A stretch of DNA of 64,000 bases from Thermodesulfobacteriota bacterium (GTDB lineage: Bacteria; Desulfobacterota_D; UBA1144; Nemesobacterales; UBA2774), in assembly GCA_965216785.1 (NCBI GenBank), contig OZ244197.1:768001-832000 (forward strand), given 5' to 3'. A program made the translations under genes and the position numbers. A model generated the notes under the pieces. It was not told the DNA's origin and did no database searches. It worked only from the letters and a program-made list of their open reading frames with translations. Below are positions 20,059 through 30,776 of this stretch, piece by piece (the first letter of the stretch is position 1; every line of letters starts with the position of its first letter).

Positions 20059-20925
20059 ATGCGAAAAACCGGCATCATAATTCTCATATATCTAGTCTTA
20101 ATAATAGGCTTACAGGCAAGCTCCGCAGAGGCTCCCAGGAGGATAATTTCTCTATCCCCTAATATCACCCAGATCATTTACGCGCTCGGCGCTTGGGATA
20201 ACGTAGTGGGTGTATCAATATACGCCGATTTCCCGCCGGAAGCTGAAGATATGTCAAAAGTAGGCGGATGGGTTAACCCTAATATGGAGGCCATAGTGGC
20301 GCTCAAACCCGATCTTGTCCTTCTTATGAAAGACCAAAACACTATATTCGGTCAAAAACTGGACAACCTGGGTCTTAATAAATACGTAATAGACAGTAAC
20401 GACTCCGTCCACGATATATTAGAGTCAATAAGCGCCCTCGGAGAGGTACTCGATAAAAAACCCCAAGCGGATAGCCTGGTCGGCAAGCTCAGGAGCGAGC
20501 TTGACAGCATTACTGTTACTACTGATAAAGCAAATAGAAAAAGTGTACTAATTGTGGTCGGGAGAAACCCCGGGACGCTTGAAGATATCTATGTTATAGG
20601 AAGAAATAACTATATAGATGAGCTTCTAAATATGGCCGGTGGGGAAAACGTTATAGAAAACGACAGGCTCTCCGTAAAACTTACTAAAGAAGCGGTTCTG
20701 ACGCTCAACCCCGACGTTATAATAGAGATAAATCACGACAAATCCAAAAGAGAATCTCAGATTCTGGAGACTTGGAGTAAATTAAAGCTTGCAAAAGCAG
20801 TAAAGGAAAACGAAGTATATATACTCCCGAGCACAGTGTTGCTCCACCCGAGCCAAAGAATACTCGAAGGGGCAAAAGTGCTGACCGAGATTTTGCATCC
20901 GGATTTAGTAAACGCCTCAAAATAA
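20059..20925 (+). CDS. btuF: Periplasmic cobalamin-binding protein
   Basis: Signal peptide; RIISLSPNIT and E.IVALKPDLV motifs. Confidence 0.8.
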   Translation: MRKTGIIILIYLVLIIGLQASSAEAPRRIISLSPNITQIIYALGAWDNVVGVSIYADFPPEAEDMSKVGGWVNPNMEAIVALKPDLVLLMKDQNTIFGQKLDNLGLNKYVIDSNDSVHDILESISALGEVLDKKPQADSLVGKLRSELDSITVTTDKANRKSVLIVVGRNPGTLEDIYVIGRNNYIDELLNMAGGENVIENDRLSVKLTKEAVLTLNPDVIIEINHDKSKRESQILETWSKLKLAKAVKENEVYILPSTVLLHPSQRILEGAKVLTEILHPDLVNASK

Positions 20926-20934
20926 AATATACAT

Positions 20935-21708
20935 ATGGAAAAAATCATAGAATGCGGCAACATCCTCTTTTCCTATAACGGTGTTAAGGTGCTAAACGGA
21001 ATTAACCTTTCCGTAGCCCCGGGGGAGATGGTAGGTATATTGGGGGCGAACGGCGCCGGAAAATCCACGTTATTAAAAATTCTTTCGGGTTTGCTGCAGC
21101 CGCAGAGCGGAGAGACTCTTTACAGAAATAAAGAGCTGTCAAAGCTCGGCAGAAAAGAGATCGCTAAGCGTCTTGCTTACATACCCCAGGACCCTGTGTT
21201 TGCTTTCCCGTTCACCGTTACTGAAACAGTGCTGATGGGAAGGGCTCCGTATATTGGCAGATTCGAGTTTGAAAGACAGGAGGACAGAGAGATCGCCGCA
21301 AAGGCAATGGATACAGTCGGCATAACGCACCTTAAAGACCGGCTGATATCGCAGGTCTCGGCTGGGGAGAGACAGCTCGCTTCGCTTGCCCGCGCGCTCG
21401 TTCAAGAGCCCGAGATAATGATCCTTGACGAGCCAGCTACTTTCCTTGATGTAAGACACAGAACGGAGATTATGAAAATCCTGCAAAAGCTCAAAGAACA
21501 AAGGGGTATATCCATTGTCTCCGCAACGCACGATATATTCGCAGCCCTCTATTACTTTGAGGAAATTAAAATTCTAAAGGGCGGGGTTATTTTCGCTCAA
21601 GGCCCTACGGAATCAGTAGTAACAGAAGAGAATTTAAGCTGCGCGTACGGGATCAATGTTACGGTTAAAAAAGAAAACGGACGGGTTTTTGTCTTCCCAA
21701 GCGACTGA
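20935..21708 (+). CDS. btuD: Cobalamin/Fe-complex ABC transporter ATP-binding protein
   Basis: GANGAGKST, VSAGERQ and ILDEP motifs. Confidence 0.85.
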   Translation: MEKIIECGNILFSYNGVKVLNGINLSVAPGEMVGILGANGAGKSTLLKILSGLLQPQSGETLYRNKELSKLGRKEIAKRLAYIPQDPVFAFPFTVTETVLMGRAPYIGRFEFERQEDREIAAKAMDTVGITHLKDRLISQVSAGERQLASLARALVQEPEIMILDEPATFLDVRHRTEIMKILQKLKEQRGISIVSATHDIFAALYYFEEIKILKGGVIFAQGPTESVVTEENLSCAYGINVTVKKENGRVFVFPSD

Positions 21709-21744
21709 TCTCAGTAATTCAATCTATTCAGAAACAGTGGTTAT

Positions 21745-22746
21745 ATGAACGCAAATAAAAAATTCTATATATCTATCGCTCTTCTATCAGTGCTTTGGCT
21801 GGTTATAGCTCTCATCAGTATTTTTACCGGCACTTATGAGATAGGGCCTATTGATGCGATACTGAACCCGGATGAGCTCTCAAAAACGATATTCCTCAAT
21901 ATCAGAATCCCCAGAGTCCTGATGGCAACAATCGCTGGCGGCACACTGGCGATTTCAGGAGCCGCTTTACAAGCGCTGTTCAGAAACCCCCTTGCCTCAC
22001 CGTTCACGCTCGGAATCTCGGGCGGCGCATCACTCGGAGCGCTCATCGCCATAAGACTGGGCCTGGGGATAGGGATTCTCGGATTCTCTATGGTGTCGAT
22101 TTCAGCTTTTATATTTTCGATCCTCACAATGCTTTTCGTATACTCCGTTTCGAAAGTAGGGGGAGTGGTCGCTACAGGCAGACTTCTCTTGGCGGGAGTA
22201 GTCGCGAATTTTCTATACTCCGCAGTTGTAATGTTTATACAGTTTTTTTCAAACTTCACGGAGTCTCTTCAGACAATGAGGTGGATTATGGGGAGTCTCG
22301 ACATCGTAGGTTTCGATACTGTATGGAAGACGCTTATTTTTGTAGTCCCGGGGTGCTTATTACTACTTATATCTACAAAAGATATGAATCTGTTCGGGCT
22401 TGGTGACGACGTAGCTACATCACTTGGTGTAAACGTAAGAAGGCTTGAGAAGAAAATCTATTTCGCTACCTCTCTTGCCGCGGGCTCTGTAATATCAGTT
22501 ACCGGGCCCATAGGGTTCGTAGGCCTCATTATCCCACATATCCTCAGAATGATACTCGGAGTAGACAACAGAATAATACTCCCATGCTCGTTCCTCCTGG
22601 GAGCATCGTTTCTGACCGCGGCGGATACTGTATCGAGAACTGTAATATCTCCTGTTGAAATTCCGGTCGGTATTATTACAGCCGCGCTCGGGGGGATATT
22701 CTTCCTATGGCTCCTTATAAAAACCAAAAAAGAAGTGATAGTTTAA
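21745..22746 (+). CDS. btuC: Cobalamin/Fe-complex ABC transporter permease (FecCD)
   Basis: IRIPR, QALFRNPLASP and GPIGFVGLIIPH motifs. Confidence 0.9.
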   Translation: MNANKKFYISIALLSVLWLVIALISIFTGTYEIGPIDAILNPDELSKTIFLNIRIPRVLMATIAGGTLAISGAALQALFRNPLASPFTLGISGGASLGALIAIRLGLGIGILGFSMVSISAFIFSILTMLFVYSVSKVGGVVATGRLLLAGVVANFLYSAVVMFIQFFSNFTESLQTMRWIMGSLDIVGFDTVWKTLIFVVPGCLLLLISTKDMNLFGLGDDVATSLGVNVRRLEKKIYFATSLAAGSVISVTGPIGFVGLIIPHILRMILGVDNRIILPCSFLLGASFLTAADTVSRTVISPVEIPVGIITAALGGIFFLWLLIKTKKEVIV

Positions 22747-22827
22747 AATAAACTAACATCCTCCCCGCTCACATTTACAAGAGGGTCGCCTATGTAGTAA
22801 TTGAAGTTTCCGCGCTAAATTTGCTAC

Positions 22828-23088
22828 TTAGCCCGGAGCCTTAAACGGATCATCGTCTCCGCCACCGGCAGGAGCTTCAGCGGGTGCTTCTGCAGGAGCT
22901 TCAGCAGGCGCCTCTGCAGGAGCTGCTTGAGCCGATTCGAACTCACTGCCACCACCACCTGACTCTTCAGCTGCGGGCGGCTCGGGCGGCGCTTCGGGTG
23001 CAGCGGCTTCACCAGCATCAGCCTCACCCATCGGCCCCATTATATACCAGCCGAGAAATGCCAATCCTATAACAATTAAGGTCCACAT
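22828..23088 (-). CDS. Small single-TM acidic Pro/Ala-rich protein (86 aa)
   Basis: Strong SD AAGGAGG before ATG 23088; N-terminal TM; EAPA repeats with synonymous variation. Confidence 0.75.
   Translation of the reverse strand: MWTLIVIGLAFLGWYIMGPMGEADAGEAAAPEAPPEPPAAEESGGGGSEFESAQAAPAEAPAEAPAEAPAEAPAGGGDDDPFKAPG
22868..22927. repeat. 12-bp tandem repeat x5 (encodes EAPA)
   Basis: gcaggagcttca / gcgggtgcttct / gcaggagcttca / gcaggcgcctct / gcaggagctgct. Confidence 0.8.
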
Positions 23089-23378
23089 CTTCAACTTCCT
23101 CCTTATCAAGTTAGAAATCTCTGGCTCTTAAAGCCCATCCCCAGTAACAACGACTATCTATGTGAAATAACGTCAATAAGTTGATATTAATAAATTTTAT
23201 ATGCTCATGTCAAGGACAAATTTTCAAGCTCAATCAGAATAGTGCTCATAGAGAAGGTGAAAAAATGTATATATCAGCAGTTTTTGAGCGCTTTACGATA
23301 GCGTCCGGGCATATTAAACTTCAGCGCAATAGCATGTAAAATTACTCACCGCCTGGTATTTTAATTAGACTTTAAAAG

Positions 23379-23852
23379 ATGATACTAAAAAACGTATTAA
23401 ACCGCATAAAGAGTAATAACGAGGAGACTGAGCTCTCAAACGATACTCTTATCACTCTCTCGCAAATCGAGTCAGGCTGTCTCTTTACCCAACATAAAGA
23501 TAAAACGCTCATGATTATTATATGCACCGGGGAGGAGGCTTCGAATCTTAAAAACTCAGAGAACTTTTCACTTAAAATGGAGCTTATCGAAAAACTTGAA
23601 TTCCCCACAATCGCCGCTTATATCAAAATTATGACCAAGAATAAGGACTCATATGATTTTGAATACTTTTTTAATATCGAAGCATCTGAAGAGTTGGAGC
23701 TTGTGGAGAATTTAAGCAATCAAAATACTATGGAAATCTTGCTATACGACGACGACGTTGTGCATTCGATGCTTTTAGGGCTGAGTAGAGAAGTAAGGTC
23801 CTTGTTGACATCAATGCACGAGCGGGCGAAGCATATGTTTGACAAAGCTTAA
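23379..23852 (+). CDS. Hypothetical protein
   Basis: 157-aa acidic ORF filling the intergenic gap; no motif recognised. Confidence 0.6.
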   Translation: MILKNVLNRIKSNNEETELSNDTLITLSQIESGCLFTQHKDKTLMIIICTGEEASNLKNSENFSLKMELIEKLEFPTIAAYIKIMTKNKDSYDFEYFFNIEASEELELVENLSNQNTMEILLYDDDVVHSMLLGLSREVRSLLTSMHERAKHMFDKA

Positions 23853-23904
23853 CGGTTCCCTGATAATTACAAACTCTAAATGACAACCAAGGAGAAGTAT
23901 TAAA

Positions 23905-24882
23905 TTGGGTTTCGCTAAATTTATCGGTATCGGTTCATCAACACCTGAAAAAGTGCTTTCTAATTTTGACTTCGAAAAGATAATAGACACTTCAGATGAA
24001 TGGATAACTACTAGGACAGGTATAAAGGAAAGAAGAATCGCTGAGCCTGAAGTGGCTACGTCGGACCTAGCTTATGAGGCATCGATAAAGGCTCTCGAAG
24101 ACGCGGAGGTCGATGTTTCTGAAATAGACGGCATTGTCCTGGGCACTATTACACCTGACCATATTTTCCCCTCTTCCGCTTGTATGCTACAGAGCCGATT
24201 GGGAGCAAAGCAGGCTTTCGCGTTCGACCTGCTCGCGGGTTGCTCGGGTTTCTTGTATGCGCTTCATGCCGCTAAGGGTATGATCGAGGGCGGAGACTCG
24301 AAAAAACTTCTCGTAGTAGGGGCAGAGACACTTTCCAAGATAATGAATTATGAGGACCGTACCACTTGTATTCTATTCGGCGACGGCGCAGGCGCAGCTG
24401 TTTTATCCACATCTGACACTCCTGGGATACTGTCTTCATGCTTGGGCGCAAACGGCGATGACTGGGATCTCCTATACATGCCCGCCGGAGGGTCGCGCAT
24501 GCCGACTACTAAGGAAACTATACAAAACGGCGGCCACTTTTTGAGGATGGAAGGAAAAGAGGTTTTTAAAGAAGCCGTAAAAGCAATCCAGGCCTCGTCT
24601 CTTCAGGCAATAGAAAAAGCCGATCTCACCCCTGATCAAATAGATCTCTTCATACCGCACCAGGCAAACTACAGAATCCTTGAAGCGGTAAGGAAAAGGA
24701 TCGGCCTTCCGGAGGAAAAGGTCTTTTCCAACCTTGACAAATACGGTAATACTTCTTCGGCATCCGTACCGATTGCGCTTGATGAAGCAGTAAAGAGCGG
24801 AAGGCTTAAAAAAGGAGATATAGTACTCTTTTCCGTGTTCGGAGCCGGGTTTACCTGGGGCGCAGCCGTAGTCAGGTGGTAG
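23905..24882 (+). CDS. fabH: 3-oxoacyl-ACP synthase III
   Basis: DTSDEWI..RTGI, AGCSGF, FGDGAGA, PHQAN and GNTSSAS motifs; TTG start with SD AAGGAG. Confidence 0.97.
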   Translation: MGFAKFIGIGSSTPEKVLSNFDFEKIIDTSDEWITTRTGIKERRIAEPEVATSDLAYEASIKALEDAEVDVSEIDGIVLGTITPDHIFPSSACMLQSRLGAKQAFAFDLLAGCSGFLYALHAAKGMIEGGDSKKLLVVGAETLSKIMNYEDRTTCILFGDGAGAAVLSTSDTPGILSSCLGANGDDWDLLYMPAGGSRMPTTKETIQNGGHFLRMEGKEVFKEAVKAIQASSLQAIEKADLTPDQIDLFIPHQANYRILEAVRKRIGLPEEKVFSNLDKYGNTSSASVPIALDEAVKSGRLKKGDIVLFSVFGAGFTWGAAVVRW

Positions 24883-25012
24883 TAAGCCGCTAAGTTCTTT
24901 AGATCCTAAAAACTCTATACCAATGTGAATAAGACCCTTATTCTCACTCCGGGGTAAAATACTCCCCATTAGAAAACCGGTATTGTAATTACAGTAGAGG
25001 AGATCCCAAAAC

Positions 25013-25888
25013 ATCTTACAGCAAATAGTAAATGTAGTGCTCCCGGTATTTCTAATAGCCTCCCTGGGGTATCTCTTCGGAAAAAAGAAGAAGATTGACC
25101 TCTCGGCGGTAAACGAGTTTGTTATATATCTGGCAACTCCCGCACTCATAATCTCATCTTTATCTAAGGACCCGATTGAGCTCAGCCTTGCCTTCAAGGT
25201 ATTTCTATCGGTATGCCTCATAGTAGGCGGGTGCTCACTAATCGGTTTACTGGCGGTAAGAGCGCTGAGGATTCCGTTAAAGGTATATCTGCCTCCCGTG
25301 ATGTTCGCGAACACCGGGAATATGGGGCTTCCCCTGGTGCTCTTTGCGTTTGGCGAGACGGGGTTTAAAGTAGGAATACTATATATGGTCTCTACCACCA
25401 TACTTCACTATACGGTGGGGATATTGATTCTTAACTATGATGAAAGCCCGCTTGAGGTATTTAAGCTCCCGCTCGTTTACTCGGCTGTGGCCGGAGTTTT
25501 GTTGAGCGTATCGGATGTTATGCTTCCAACAGCTCTTGACAGGGCGGTCGACCTCTTGGGTGAAGCTAGTATACCGACTATGATATTCGCGCTCGGATAT
25601 AAGCTTTCTGAAGTCGCGCTGAGACACGTGAGCAGATCGTTTATAATCGGCGCCTTAAGAATATTTGGGGGTGTCGCTCTGGGGATCGCCGCGGTCTGGA
25701 TTTTCAACCTTGAGGGGGTAAAAGCAAGTGTTGTAATTCTCCAGTCAGCGATGCCCCCTGCGATCTTCAACTTCGTTCTTGCCGAAAAATACAATCAGGA
25801 CTCGCAGTCCGTGGCTTCGATTATATTGGCCGGGACAATTATATCTGTCTTTACATCCCCCATTATTATTGCGTTTTTATTAAGTTAA
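25013..25888 (+). CDS. AEC (auxin efflux carrier) family transporter; start ATC 25013 or GTG 25037
   Basis: FANTGNMGLP, QSAMPPA and multiple TM helices. Confidence 0.85.
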   Translation: MLQQIVNVVLPVFLIASLGYLFGKKKKIDLSAVNEFVIYLATPALIISSLSKDPIELSLAFKVFLSVCLIVGGCSLIGLLAVRALRIPLKVYLPPVMFANTGNMGLPLVLFAFGETGFKVGILYMVSTTILHYTVGILILNYDESPLEVFKLPLVYSAVAGVLLSVSDVMLPTALDRAVDLLGEASIPTMIFALGYKLSEVALRHVSRSFIIGALRIFGGVALGIAAVWIFNLEGVKASVVILQSAMPPAIFNFVLAEKYNQDSQSVASIILAGTIISVFTSPIIIAFLLS

Positions 25889-25905
25889 AACTAAAGCAGA
25901 ATTTG

Positions 25906-26898
25906 TTACTTTAGACAGCTGACTGTAACTATTGGGACTGAGAAAAATTTATACTCTGTACTGTAGATAAACCCGCTCCCGTCAGGCAGATACGATACGC
26001 TTTCCTGCTGAGGCAGTGAATTTATTCCGATAACACTATAATCGATACCTTCCTTCATATCTTCAGTATCTTTTATCTTCGACACCGAAAGATCGTGATT
26101 AAACTCAAACGCATCCTCATAGGTCAGGATCAAGAACCTCTTGCCATCGGGGGAAATATCAAAAGAAGTCGATAACTGCCCGTAAGTGGAAGCCTCGGGA
26201 GCTAACGAAGGTATATCAATTTCGCCCATATACTCAAGCATGAGCGGCCCTTTTCCAGTATTTTTTCGCTTTTTATATTCCAATCTGTAAAGCTTAGAAG
26301 GGTACGCCTCATCTTTACCGAGGTCTTCCTCTTTTGTTAGAATATATATATCACCGTTAGGATGAACCGCGAGACCTTCTGCGTTGTGCGCTCTGTCCGG
26401 GTAAACGAGCTTAAGGGCCTTCACCGGAGTAACCGGACCGCCATAATGTTCGAGCTCCTCTACGGCAATTACCTCCACATACTTTCTCCTCTCTCTATTG
26501 TCACCGATGTCAGCGATAAATAGGCAGGTTTTACCCGTGGCGCACGGACCTAGGCCCAAATCCTCGAAATCCGAGCGTTTATTCTTATAACCTTCAATCT
26601 TTACCTTTTTTGTTTGATTTCCCGACATGTCGGTTATATAGAAATAGGGCCCGCCCCCCGAGTCATTTACATGATATAACCTTCCTGGATATTCAGAGGA
26701 AACTGCTATGCCGCTCGCCTCTTTTATAATAGAGCTGTCCAATTGGCCGGCATTTTCCCCTTTATCCCACTTCCGGCACAGCTCTCCATAGCTTGGTTCT
26801 ACAATACATATTAGAGCTGAAAAAATGAGAGATAGAAATAATAAATGCTTTGCCAAGATAGATTGATTTAGTGAGGAGATTTCAAAGCTCATAAACAT
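25906..26898 (-). CDS. Secreted beta-propeller hypothetical protein
   Basis: EASG, NDSG, DFED, ADIGDN, NAEG and QQESV repeated acidic blade motifs. Confidence 0.7.
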   Translation of the reverse strand: MFMSFEISSLNQSILAKHLLFLSLIFSALICIVEPSYGELCRKWDKGENAGQLDSSIIKEASGIAVSSEYPGRLYHVNDSGGGPYFYITDMSGNQTKKVKIEGYKNKRSDFEDLGLGPCATGKTCLFIADIGDNRERRKYVEVIAVEELEHYGGPVTPVKALKLVYPDRAHNAEGLAVHPNGDIYILTKEEDLGKDEAYPSKLYRLEYKKRKNTGKGPLMLEYMGEIDIPSLAPEASTYGQLSTSFDISPDGKRFLILTYEDAFEFNHDLSVSKIKDTEDMKEGIDYSVIGINSLPQQESVSYLPDGSGFIYSTEYKFFSVPIVTVSCLK

Positions 26899-26986
26899 GT
26901 TATACTCTGGTACAATTTTACCTGGGAGTAGAATCAGGCAAAATAAATCTTATCCAGAGCTGGAATATACAACATTAGACGGGTCC

Positions 26987-28276
26987 ATGTCCACTGAAAA
27001 AATAATTGGAAATAAAGCGCCTATTCAAGGCGAGCTTACGCCTCCCGGCGATAAGTCCATCTCACACCGTTCGGTGATGATAGGCTCTTTAGCGAGAGGA
27101 ACCACACTCGTAAGTGGGTTTCTTGACAGTGAAGACACTAACTCCACCATAAGGGCTATGAAGCTTCTTGGAGTGGCAATAGAATCACTCGATACGCATG
27201 TGGAAATAAAAGGGACGGGCCTCACCGGATTAAGTAAACCCGGTGATATCATTGACGCGGGTAATTCGGGAACGACGGCCAGACTCCTAATGGGTCTACT
27301 CAGCGCACAGGATTTTACTTCCGAAATCACAGGGGATAAATACCTGCGGGCAAGACCCATGAGTAGAGTTGTCGACCCTCTAAGGCTAATGGGAGCAGAC
27401 ATTACAGGCGTTGATGACGGAAACAAGCTCCCGATCAGAATAAACGGAGGGAAATTAAGAGGCATTTCGTATGCGTCCCCTGTCGCAAGCGCTCAGGTGA
27501 AATCCGCCGTGCTACTAGCCGGTCTGTACGCAGATGGTGTAACGGAAGTAAAAGAAGCTAAAGCTACAAGAGACCATACGGAAAGGATGCTCTCATATTT
27601 CGGGGCGCAAGTTTATACAGACGGCAATACTATACGAATAGAAAAACAGGACGATTTGAAGGCCCAAGAGCTGCTAGTGCCTGCGGATATATCTTCAGCC
27701 GCGTTTTTTATAGTCGCGGCCCTCATAAACCCGGGTTCTGAAGTGCTGATAAAAAATGTCGGCGTAAATCCACTGCGCTCTGGAATAATCGATATCCTTA
27801 GAGAGATGGGCGGTAAGATAGAGTTAATAAACTATTCAGATAGCGGGTGTGAGCCCATCGCAGATATTCTTGTAAGATCGAGCGATCTGAAAGCCCTTGA
27901 AATAAAGGGTGATATGATTCCTAAAGCAATTGACGAGCTGCCCGTTATTGCAGTCGCCGCGTGCTTTGCCCAAGGTGAGACTGTAATTAAAGAGGCGGGT
28001 GAGCTGAGAGTAAAGGAGACGGACAGGATAAAAGCTGTAACCACAGAGCTCAGAAAGCTCGGCGCGTCCGTAGAAGAGCTCGAGGACGGTATGGTGATCA
28101 AGGGAACGAACGGCCTTAAAGGAGCGAAATGCTCTGGATGGGGAGATCACAGAATAGCCATGGCGGTTGCTGTGGCCGCAACCCGTGCCGAGGGCGAAAC
28201 CGAAATTGAGGGGTCTGATTGTGTTTCAGTATCATATCCGGGCTTTTTTCATGATTTGAGGCATTTGAGGAAATAG
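26987..28276 (+). CDS. aroA: 3-phosphoshikimate 1-carboxyvinyltransferase
   Basis: PGDKSISHR, GNSGTT, SAQVKSA, RDHTE, LRVKETDR and DHRIAM motifs. Confidence 0.97.
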   Translation: MSTEKIIGNKAPIQGELTPPGDKSISHRSVMIGSLARGTTLVSGFLDSEDTNSTIRAMKLLGVAIESLDTHVEIKGTGLTGLSKPGDIIDAGNSGTTARLLMGLLSAQDFTSEITGDKYLRARPMSRVVDPLRLMGADITGVDDGNKLPIRINGGKLRGISYASPVASAQVKSAVLLAGLYADGVTEVKEAKATRDHTERMLSYFGAQVYTDGNTIRIEKQDDLKAQELLVPADISSAAFFIVAALINPGSEVLIKNVGVNPLRSGIIDILREMGGKIELINYSDSGCEPIADILVRSSDLKALEIKGDMIPKAIDELPVIAVAACFAQGETVIKEAGELRVKETDRIKAVTTELRKLGASVEELEDGMVIKGTNGLKGAKCSGWGDHRIAMAVAVAATRAEGETEIEGSDCVSVSYPGFFHDLRHLRK

Positions 28277-28329
28277 ACTTGGGTTTCTAATCGAAAATTC
28301 CCCCAAAATCCGATTCATTAACAAACACT

Positions 28330-29001
28330 ATGGATAAAAAAGCAATAATAACAATTGACGGGCCGTCAGGAGTGGGTAAGAGCACAGCTGCCAAGTCAGT
28401 GGCTGAGAAATTGGACCTGAGCTACCTTGATACAGGAGCTATGTACAGGGCAGTTGCGCTTCAGGCAAAGAGGGAGGGGGTAAATATAAACCTCGAAAAC
28501 GAGCTAGAGTCTCTTTTGGATCGTACGGAAATTACATTCAGGAAAGACAAGAGCCACATTCTCCTTCTTCTCGTAAATAATGAGGATATTACGGATAAAA
28601 TAAGATCCCCTGAGATTTCACGCCTCTCCTCCGACATAGCAACTAAGGGTATAGTTAGGACGAGGCTTATAGAGATTCAACGCAGGATCGGGCAGCAAGG
28701 CGGTATTGTCGCAGAGGGAAGAGACATGGGAACATACGTATTCCCTGATGCTAAATACAAGTTTTACCTTGATGCGGATTTAGACATGCGGGCACAGCGA
28801 AGGTGTGATCAATTACATGAATCCGGCAGCGATGCGAACATAGATGATATTAGCAAGCAAATAGCAGCCAGAGACAAGCAGGACATGGAGCGCTCAGAAT
28901 CTCCCTTGCATCCGGCCCGGAATGCGGTCATAATAAATACAACCCATCTTAACGCTGATGAAGTAGTATTAAAAATAATTAAGGAAGTCCAAGGCTTGTA
29001 A
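28330..29001 (+). CDS. cmk: Cytidylate kinase
   Basis: IDGPSGVGKST, YLDTGAMYR and EGRDMGT motifs. Confidence 0.97.
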   Translation: MDKKAIITIDGPSGVGKSTAAKSVAEKLDLSYLDTGAMYRAVALQAKREGVNINLENELESLLDRTEITFRKDKSHILLLLVNNEDITDKIRSPEISRLSSDIATKGIVRTRLIEIQRRIGQQGGIVAEGRDMGTYVFPDAKYKFYLDADLDMRAQRRCDQLHESGSDANIDDISKQIAARDKQDMERSESPLHPARNAVIINTTHLNADEVVLKIIKEVQGL

Positions 29002-29086
29002 AAATCCTGCGCTACCTGATACTAATTCATTAATGACAACAGATGGTTAACTGATAAATACTATATCTTACGAAAAAGGCGATTCT

Positions 29087-30775
29087 ATGGTTGATGAGAA
29101 AAATTTTGCAGAACTTGTAGACGAAAGCATGAATGTTCCTGACCAAGGGAAGATATTTAAAGCGACTGTCGTTAGGATCGATAAAGACGACATATTCCTG
29201 GATTTCGGCTCGAAATCAGAAGGTGTGGCCGCCGTACAGGAATTTTTTAACAAAGAGGGCGAACTCGACGTCCAGGTCGGCGAGGAAGTCGAAGTCGTCA
29301 TAGATAGCTGGATAAATGAAGGATTTCCAAGGCTCTCGAAAACAAAAGCCGGGTTCATTAAAGAAAACGAAATACTCAAAAACGCATATGAGAAGGGCGA
29401 GCTTGTAACGGCTATTGTACAACGAAAGGTAAAAGGCGGTTTGATTGCGGACGTTGGAAAGACTATAGAAATAAGGGCGTTTATTCCCGGCTCTCAAATC
29501 GATATTCGCCCCCAGGCGGACTTGGATAAATTCATCGGACAGAGTATCGAAGCCAGGATCATAAAGCTTGACGGTAGAGATGTTGTGCTGTCACGAAGGG
29601 CTTTACTTGAGGAAGAGAGGGAAGTGCAAAGAAAAGATACTCTCTCCAAGCTGGAAGAAGGAACCACAGTTTCCGGAAAGGTCGTAAACATAATAAACCA
29701 GGGCGTGTTTGTCGATATAGGCGGCGTTGAGGGTTTCATACCCATAAGCGAGCTCTCGTGGGGAAGAATAGCCCATCCGAGCAACGTAGTTTCCATCGAT
29801 GATGACCTAACTGTAGGCATTTTAAAAATTGAAGGTGATGAAAAAATCACGCTCAGCCTGAAGGAAACCACTGCAGACCCCTGGGAAAATGTCCAGAATA
29901 ATTACGCGCCCGGCACACAGGTTACGGGTAAAGCAGTATCTCTTACCGATTTTGGCGTTTTTGTTGAGCTTGAGCCGGGAGTTGAGGGGTTGGTGCACGT
30001 ATCCGAAATTACCTGGACGAAACGTTTTAAACATCCAAAGGAAGTAGTCGAGCAGGGAAGCACTCTTCAGACTGTCGTATTGGAAGTGAACTCTGAGAAT
30101 AGACGTATATCATTAAGCTTAAAACAGATAGAGCAAAGCCCCTGGCAGCTCTTTAAGGAGAATAACCCCGAAGGCTCTAAGATAAAAGGCACCATTCGCA
30201 ACGTTACCGACAAGGGGATATTCGTTGAAGTAGCAGAGAACATTGTAGGTCTTGTGAGACCCGATAGCATATCTTGGGAAGGTAGAGTAAATCCTGAGGA
30301 ATCTTATGAAAAAGGCAGTGAGATCGAGGTTGTAGTCCTAAATGTCGATGAAAAGAATCAAAGGATAGGTCTCGGGGTAAAACAACTTTCATCAGATCCC
30401 TGGGAAGAAGCAATGAAGAAATACAAACCTCGTCAGACCTCCGTTACGGGGAAAGTAAAGGACGTAAAGGAGTGGGGTATTGTGCTAGAGCTCGAAGACA
30501 AGTTAGAAGGGTACATTAGAGCCAACGAATATTCAGACGATAAAGGACAGAGCGATTTAACCAAACAAGTCAAAGAAGGCGATGAGATCACAGCCCTTGT
30601 AACAGGGCTTGATAAGAGAAAAAGGCAGATTAACTTGAGCAAGAAAAAGCACGAAGAGTGGCTGGAAAAGCAAAGGGTTTCCGATTTTATGTCCTCACAG
30701 GGAGAGGCTTCCGTTACTCTAGGAGACGTGCTCGGCTCAAAGCTAAAATCCATATCAAATGACGAGGTAGGTTAA
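29087..30775 (+). CDS. rpsA: 30S ribosomal protein S1
   Basis: Six S1 repeats (FGVFVEL..GVEGLVHVSE, RISLSLKQ); follows cmk. Confidence 0.95.
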   Translation: MVDEKNFAELVDESMNVPDQGKIFKATVVRIDKDDIFLDFGSKSEGVAAVQEFFNKEGELDVQVGEEVEVVIDSWINEGFPRLSKTKAGFIKENEILKNAYEKGELVTAIVQRKVKGGLIADVGKTIEIRAFIPGSQIDIRPQADLDKFIGQSIEARIIKLDGRDVVLSRRALLEEEREVQRKDTLSKLEEGTTVSGKVVNIINQGVFVDIGGVEGFIPISELSWGRIAHPSNVVSIDDDLTVGILKIEGDEKITLSLKETTADPWENVQNNYAPGTQVTGKAVSLTDFGVFVELEPGVEGLVHVSEITWTKRFKHPKEVVEQGSTLQTVVLEVNSENRRISLSLKQIEQSPWQLFKENNPEGSKIKGTIRNVTDKGIFVEVAENIVGLVRPDSISWEGRVNPEESYEKGSEIEVVVLNVDEKNQRIGLGVKQLSSDPWEEAMKKYKPRQTSVTGKVKDVKEWGIVLELEDKLEGYIRANEYSDDKGQSDLTKQVKEGDEITALVTGLDKRKRQINLSKKKHEEWLEKQRVSDFMSSQGEASVTLGDVLGSKLKSISNDEVG

Positions 30776-30776
30776 A

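Noticed and set aside
24472-25401. 309-aa antisense ORF, and the many other overlapping shadow ORFs in the track
   Set aside because: They overlap well-supported genes on the opposite strand or another frame and show no motifs.
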